Assembly: GCA_012295275.1 (NCBI GenBank)
Contig: CM022670.1
Location: 28,148,001-28,212,000, forward strand
DNA: 64,000 bases
Direction of reading: 5' to 3'
Source of the DNA: Chrysomallon squamiferum
Lineage: Eukaryota > Animalia > Mollusca
Part shown: in pieces, positions 56,610 to 64,000 of the stretch
Numbering within the stretch: the first letter of the stretch is position 1
Layout: each line of letters begins with the position of its first letter
Made by a program: the position numbers and the translations under genes
Notes under the pieces: model-generated
The model's input: only the letters and a program-made list of their open reading frames with translations
What the model was told of the DNA's origin: nothing
The model's database searches: none

Positions 56610-57385
56610 TAGATAGATGGATGGATTGATAGACCAGAAAGAAACATGAATAGTTGCCTTATTTTAGTTTCGTCAAAGCTTTTATTAAGATATAAATAAT
56701 TGTTACTGATCTACCGAATGGGTATGTTGAGTTTGAGTACCTGTGTGTTGGTCTGCATTTAATAATAAAAACATAAAAGGAAAGAAAAGTTAAATAGGGC
56801 ACAGAAGAACGCTGTCCAAATTCTAATAAAAGTAGTGCAATCCCAAATGACAGTTTAAACAGTTTCAAATTACAGTTGTACATAATTATTAGGCCAGCAC
56901 ATCAGGGATTTTTCTGTTTTTTCGTCGTCTTCTTCGTCTTTTGTTTCTATTTTTGTTTTCCTTGCCCATTTTTTTTTTTTTTTCTTTTTTTTTAATTTTT
57001 CACTTACCGATTAAATTATGATTTTTATATCTTAGAATTCTTCTTCTTATTATTACTTATAAACACACACCTTCCTTCTATTCCGTTTTTTGCTCGCCAC
57101 TGTTCATTAACTAGTCGCATATTTTAATATATATTTAGAACAAACTAAAAGTTCAGTTATTTACAGTGAGATGAAAATAATAATATCTAATAAATTAAGA
57201 TAAAAAGGAAAAGGAAAAACCAATAATAAACAAAAGAAACAAATATAAAAAATAAATAAAAATTTTAAAAAATCTATTTCTAAGTCCCCATCAAAACTGA
57301 ATGTAGTCTCTTTGGACGACTTCTGATTTTTATCTGCTAAAAAATATTTAATATATTTCTTTGGCAGTATGTTTATATATATGTG

Positions 57386-57560
57386 TATGTATGTATGTAT
57401 GTATGTATGTATGTATGTATGTATGTATGTATGTATGTATGTATGTATGTATGTATGTATGTTTGTATGTATGTATGTATGTATGTATGTATGTATGTAT
57501 GTATGTATGTATGTATGTATGTATGTATGTATGTATGTATGTATATATGTATGTATGTGT
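57386..57560 (+). repeat. (TATG)n microsatellite
   Basis: Direct inspection. Confidence 0.95.
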
Positions 57561-58310
57561 ATGTATGAATGTATGTATGTGTATATATATTTGTTGTTCA
57601 TTATTTATTCAGGTATGTATTAAGTATTCTAATAAGATATCTGTCAGTTTGTTTTTATTTAAACTGATCTCTCTGTCTGTGTATATTATATGTGCGTGTA
57701 TGTTAGAAAATGCTATGGACCATTAGCTCTTAATAAACTTATATTAAGAATAGTAAGCATGTAATAATAGTGCGCATGTGACGAATATCGCTAATATTTA
57801 ATCGGTTATCGATAATCATGAAAACATGAAGATTTAAGACAAAACAATCCTGTTTATTCTCAGAAAGTCCAGCCATTAATTCACACTGTATGTACTTTAT
57901 ATTTTCTTCTGATGATTTAATCGAGTTTTCTAGAATCCTCTGATCATTTATTGGTTCAAACAGGTTTGGTTCTATTTACGTACATTTTTCATTAGTTGCC
58001 ATAGTATCCTTGACGTAATTCCCAGGTAATCAGTAATAATTAAAAAGGCTTTAAATTTTATTTTAAAAAAAAACAGGTGAAAAAACAACAATATAGTTTT
58101 TCAAAAAAGTAATACAACAACAACAACAAAAAAAAACAAAAAAAAAAAAAAGAGAAGGGGAAAGAAATAAAAGATAAACCGAGAGAAAGAGATATTAAGT
58201 ATCTATACCATATGCAGAAACAAACCTTATGCCGACATATTTCATCTTGAAAAGAATATACTCTCCACAGAATTTATAGTTCCGCCCTTTATATTTAATA
58301 CCAAGTGCAA

Positions 58311-58346
<36 letters not shown>

Positions 58347-58918
58347 TAATAATAAATTATAATTTAATTCTTTAATCGAGAAAAAGTGAACAATTTTTAT
58401 TTATATAATTTGTTGTTTGTTTTTCATTATTATTAAATACATAGATCAATTAGTAAATTTTATCTTTTCCATATTATAATAAGATTAACGTGATGCGAAG
58501 AAAACTGATATTTATTAAATGTTGTGTTCTGACAGTTAGCATGCTTTCAGTGTCATTCTATGTGAAACATATTTTATTTTTTATTTTAATTCTGTGAGAG
58601 AAATGTTTCCTTAATTCAATAACTGTTGATAAAAACAATACTTTCAGACTTTTTCTTATTGATTTTATGCTGCTTTAGAGACTTTTTCAGACTTTCTGTT
58701 TAAAAAATATGCTGTTACAGTTAATTCACTTATTTATTTGCAAGTTGTTATTTTTATTCTATTTCCTTCTGTTCTTCATGTGCTTTTTTCTGGATGTGGT
58801 TAATACAGCACAGGTAAATGAAAGAAACCTGCTTCATTTCGCCGTGGGTTTGATCAGTAATACATTTTGATATGCACCATCTCATATATATATGATTGCC
58901 TCTGAATGACACTGTTGC

Positions 58919-59025
<107 letters not shown>

Positions 59026-59867
59026 TATACAACAAACTTTCTTTCTTTATTTTTTTTTTTTCTTCGTTCTTTCACTCCTTGTTTACGTTAAAACGCTAGA
59101 GTAGACAACAACAGTAGTATTTGGATAAATAGCCGCCAACAAAAAGGTGAAAAGAAAACAAGAGAAACAACACACTATAACGAGAACGTTTCCTTTCTCA
59201 TGTCATATCGATTAGCAATTAATTGCTGTATTTCCTTAAGTACATACTTTATAACAAATCGTTTATATGGACAACACAATACACAGTATTGTAGTAGTAG
59301 AAGAACAGTAACAGTAGTAGTAGCAGTTGTAGCAGTGTTTGTTGTGGAAGTAATAGTACTAGCAATATTAGTAGTATTATTAGTTGTAGTTGTTCTAGAA
59401 GTAGTAGCAGTAGACGTAATATTAGTTGTAGAAGTAGTAATAGAATTCAAAAATATAAGTAATAATAGTAGTATCAGTAATAATAATAATATAGTGTTGC
59501 AGTAGAAAAAGTAGAAGTAGCTGTAGTAATAGTAATATGTAGAGGCGGAAGCTCTTTAGTATCAGTAATACAGAAAAGATAGTAGCATGAAGTAGAATAA
59601 CAAAGTAATCGAAATACAAACTGGTGAGTGGTAGTATTAGCGATACGGAAGTAATTGTAGTGATAACAGTAGTCGTAGTAATAACAACAGTTATAGTATT
59701 TCTGTTTACTGTTGTTGTTTGTTGTTTTTTGTTTCTTTTTGTTTTGTTTTTTAACTTTCTTTTTCTTAAACATTCACACCGCAATGAAAACTCAGCAATT
59801 TTAGAAGTAAATAACTTAACTGTAAAACAGAAAAGTGCCAGCAATATTATGATTATTGTTGTTGTTG

Positions 59868-59910
<43 letters not shown>

Positions 59911-61218
59911 TTGTTTATGGAGAGTTGATACGTGATCATTGCGAATGTGGTTAAAATAAACAAAGCAAAAACATCCGCCCCACAGTTCCCTTTTTTACAA
60001 ATTTTCCCCTCAAAATGTAGATGCAGTATGGATTTCTCGGCGCCGTGGGTTTGTTTTATCGATTATTATCGAAAAAGAATGAAATGACGCAAATTCGTCA
60101 ATTATCGAACATCGTTTCATGCTTGCATAAAAAAACCGTTATACGTATGCAACATGAATGACGTATCTGAATGCGATGTAATACGAAATTAATAAAGACA
60201 CACAGTAAAACTTTATCGCTTTCTTTATTTGGCTTGCAGCTTTCTTTTCTAAGACCAAGATGATTATGGTCATTACTTTTTGCGTAATAAAACTTGAAGT
60301 TATGTACTGCGAGTTATAGGTTTTTACATGTTACACTTTTATATTAAACTTGTATTTTTTATTTTGCTGTATTATGTCATACAGAGTCATTTTATGCTTC
60401 GATTTTGTAATTGTTGTTTATGTAACAACAACAACGATGACTATGGTGATAATGATGATGAAGTTATTACTCTTCTTCCTTTTATTACTGCTACTACAAC
60501 TACTACTGCTAGTACTACTACTACTACTACTAATAATAATAATAATAATAATAATAACAACAATAATAATGATAATGTTGTTTCTGTTTCTGTTGTTATT
60601 GTTTTTATCACGATCATCAGTTTTATCATTACTGTTATTTAAAACATTTTCATCATCTACAACATCGACATCAATATCATCATCATCATTATTATCATTA
60701 TTATTATTATTATTATTATTATTACATTTTATTATTATAATACCTATTATCACATATTTGAAGCTCAGGTTTATAAATATATTTATATCGAACTTCTCCG
60801 ACTTGCTTTCAATAATTATTCGAGTTAAGCTACATTCAAGTTATTTGGACACACACAGACGACGAAATACGCAGGCACAACAAAGAAAAGTTAGATGTAA
60901 ACATGTTTCAATGTTACAGTTATGAACGCCCTATGACACATATGGCAGCCTAGTCCAGAAGTTAAAACAGGTTGAATTAGGTTAAAAAAAAACACCAATA
61001 TATATCTGAAGAATTTAATAAAAATTCATGAGGTGAAATAGAGTGAAATTAGAATGAAAATAATGCGCTGACGAAACCACGTGACCTGTCGGCACAAACG
61101 TAGATCAGTATTCTCTCTTTTCTTCTTTTCTTTCTTTTTTCTTTCTTCTTTTCTTTTTTTTCTTTTTTCCTAATTCGTTATCTATCTAGCTAGCTAGCTA
61201 GCTACATTCCTACCTATC

Positions 61219-61276
<58 letters not shown>

Positions 61277-61391
61277 TTGATACTGATATTTTTATTTTAT
61301 AATAAAATTAATTTCGTTTGGAAAGTTATATCTACAATACAATTGATATATGTAGCCATTTGTTATGAATCCAAGATCCACCAGTTCATAT

Positions 61392-61425
<34 letters not shown>

Positions 61426-62024
61426 TCCCGTATTCTGAAATACTGTAGTCGATATGTTGTGGACCTATAAGATCATCATATACCCATTATTTTTTGCTTG
61501 AAAGTTAATTTTAAAACTGATTAATAATAGGAGATTGCTTAATATTACTTTATACGATCAGATCCAAGCAAAATCATAATGATTAAGTAATTAAGTAAAT
61601 ATACATTATGCAGTGATCTGCAGTAGCAATACTCAAACATGTTATTTTCTCGGATATACTGCGCCGTGGTTGTCTTACTATATATGCAGTACTTTTTGCC
61701 TTTGTACATTATGATACATGGTATGTTATGCTACATATTACACTTTAAAAAGCACAAAGTATGATGTACTGTTTTATAATACTTTTATCCTTAAATTTCG
61801 TGCTGTACTAGACTGATACTTACATTACGTTAATTACATTTTCTTACATAATCTAAGCTTATTTGATTGTTGCCCCATTGACATTTTATTTACCTTTTTA
61901 ATTTTTAACACATTGACGCACGTAATATTTTTTCCTAATTGTTTTCACATCGTTGTAAAGCAGCATCATCCCGTGACATAGATTATTGATTTAAACTAAT
62001 GGCAACAAACACTTAGTCAGTCTC

Positions 62025-62032
62025 TGACGTCA
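62025..62032. promoter_or_regulatory. Full CRE (TGACGTCA) in a CpG-rich block about 12 kb upstream of exon 1
   Basis: Exact match, within the CpG-dense segment 61910-62250. Confidence 0.3.
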
Positions 62033-62253
62033 TCGCGTGCCCAGACTATTGTCACGCGAGATTTGATATCGTGTAGTTTCGGGAAATTCTCGTGTTTTTA
62101 CATTCGTGTTCTCATCGATCCGGACAAAACCCAGTAAAGTGATTAAACTCAGGATGCATCTGTGTTCATTTTTGAAGTGACTATTGAATAATATTTTGTT
62201 TTTCCTTATTATGTAAATATAAATTATGAAATTATACGCATTCGCGAAATCTA

Positions 62254-62316
<63 letters not shown>

Positions 62317-62357
62317 TATCAGTATTGATAATAATGTTGATGATACAGGGTGATGAC

Positions 62358-62404
<47 letters not shown>

Positions 62405-62543
62405 TGATGATGATGATGATGATAATAATTTTGTAACGACTCAATTTATGAAGGAATTTCATTTTAACATACATAATTACTTTCTATAAGCGGAAACTGA
62501 TTTTTGTTTTTATTTATTTATTGGTGTTATTGTTATTGTTGTG

Positions 62544-62593
<50 letters not shown>

Positions 62594-62828
62594 GTCTAAG
62601 AAATGTAAATTAAGATGTAAACAAATATTTATTTCTCCAATATTATTAAATATTTTGTTATATTTTACGCACTTACACACTACATGCATGCATACGTACA
62701 ACATATAAGGGACATAGTTTCATGCATAGTGTGTTAATATTAAAAAAATATATATAAAAAGTATTTATGTTTAAAGATTGGCGTTAAAATGAGCCACTTA
62801 TTATTGCTGTGGCTATATTAAAATTTTA

Positions 62829-62870
<42 letters not shown>

Positions 62871-63554
62871 TATACTTATCTGAGTATATTCACATATATA
62901 TCCAAATGCATACACTCTCCCACTCGCAGACACAATTCAAACTATACCACTCCTTTCCACCTGCTATGTCCTGCACATTCGGTAATTGTGTCGATCAGCT
63001 GTCAGTTAAATTATGAATAAAAAAGTTAGTGTCATACGCTGGCTTTAAATAATGATACATGCACAATATGTGTATTAACGTTACTCTACTGACAACTCCC
63101 ATTGCGAAATACCTATTGTATTCAAACAGTTCGTGCAAGGCCAAGTGCATATTTAAAATGGCTACGACTGGGTCTTCACGTAAACAGTTTAATAATGATT
63201 CATTATATGAAACTTACTAATAAAGAGAGCGGAATTCGTACGAATATAAGCATAAAGGACAAGCTTTGTTCACGAGCAGATTTCAAGTGCAATACTTTGT
63301 TTATTTTATTGTTGTAACATGTAAACCACATTTAGGTTTGCATAGCTAGGAGTTACTTGTATGTATTTATTTATTTATTATTTTATAGAATTGTTATTGT
63401 CTAAATTATTATTATGTTAATTTTATATTAGGTCGTTATTAATACACACACAGACCTATACATGCATGTACATTCATACATACATACACACGTACATGTT
63501 TATTTATTAGTTGTTTTCTTCTAATTATTATTAATATTAGTATTAACCTGTTGG

Positions 63555-63665
63555 TGGGTTGTAGTTCACATGGTTGTTAATTAAGGGATCGCAGGATCAA
63601 ATCCCTTGAAGCAATCATTTGATTACTTCCCAACTGTTTCATCATTGCATGTACTTTCCTGCCTA
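63555..63665 (+). mobile_element. Highly degenerate SINE-like head fragment
   Basis: GGGATCGCAGGATCAAATCCC (B-box-like) followed by TTCCCAACTG...ATGTACTTTCCTG. Confidence 0.3.
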
Positions 63666-64000
63666 TTGTTTACAACAAACAAAACAAAACAAAAGAAGAA
63701 GTCGAAAAAAGTTCCCTTCTTCCTTTTAACATGTAGAATATACATATTTAAACACTAGTGTCTACACAGACTGCCAGGCCTGTAATGAAACAATAAACAC
63801 GAACTGGAACGACCATAGAATAGCTGGCGCCTAAGGTGATGCATTAAACTGCTTCGCTCCAAATTGACAGATGTATAGGAAGTCAGGGGAACGCGGACCA
63901 CTCGCCGCTCAAAGTGAAAAGTAATTACAGCTAAAACCAGGCTTTTCATACCATCTTAGCAAATCAGTGACGTATCAAGCAAGACACTGACGTTTGTTTG

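Noticed and set aside
63755-63949. 64-aa ORF near the right end as a neighbouring gene
   Set aside because: No splice signals or homology recognised; it looks like CpG-rich non-coding sequence.

Overview
AT-rich (roughly 30% GC by eye), microsatellite-dense eukaryotic genomic DNA, probably a gastropod mollusc (inferred from degenerate copies of a SINE-like repeat). Almost all ORFs in the supplied track are translated simple repeats. The real content is the 5' end of a minus-strand PDE7-family cAMP phosphodiesterase gene. Exon 1 (50143-50003) encodes MAALYPEGACYPPQQSLDRAVPRTALGRRDAVSFCSSNCYLTVPRFQ. It is joined in phase 0 across a 46,754-bp intron to a 61-nt exon 2 (3248-3188; RRGGISFEKSDKNAIYVRTL). 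Together they match the vertebrate PDE7A1 N-terminus, including both PKA-pseudosubstrate-like motifs. The catalytic exons lie beyond position 1. The large intron contains one strong and several weaker candidate alternative first exons, all ending in phase 0 so they could splice to exon 2. Several sit in CpG-retaining islands, and one has a dense cluster of CRE half-sites. This suggests a multi-promoter, variable-N-terminus architecture with cAMP feedback. Other signals: a sharp CpG boundary at about 49.7 kb, a long inverted repeat (40625-41260), a CAGGTR motif cluster, many minisatellites and degenerate SINE-like copies. No prokaryotic features, CRISPR arrays, rRNA or tRNA genes were found.
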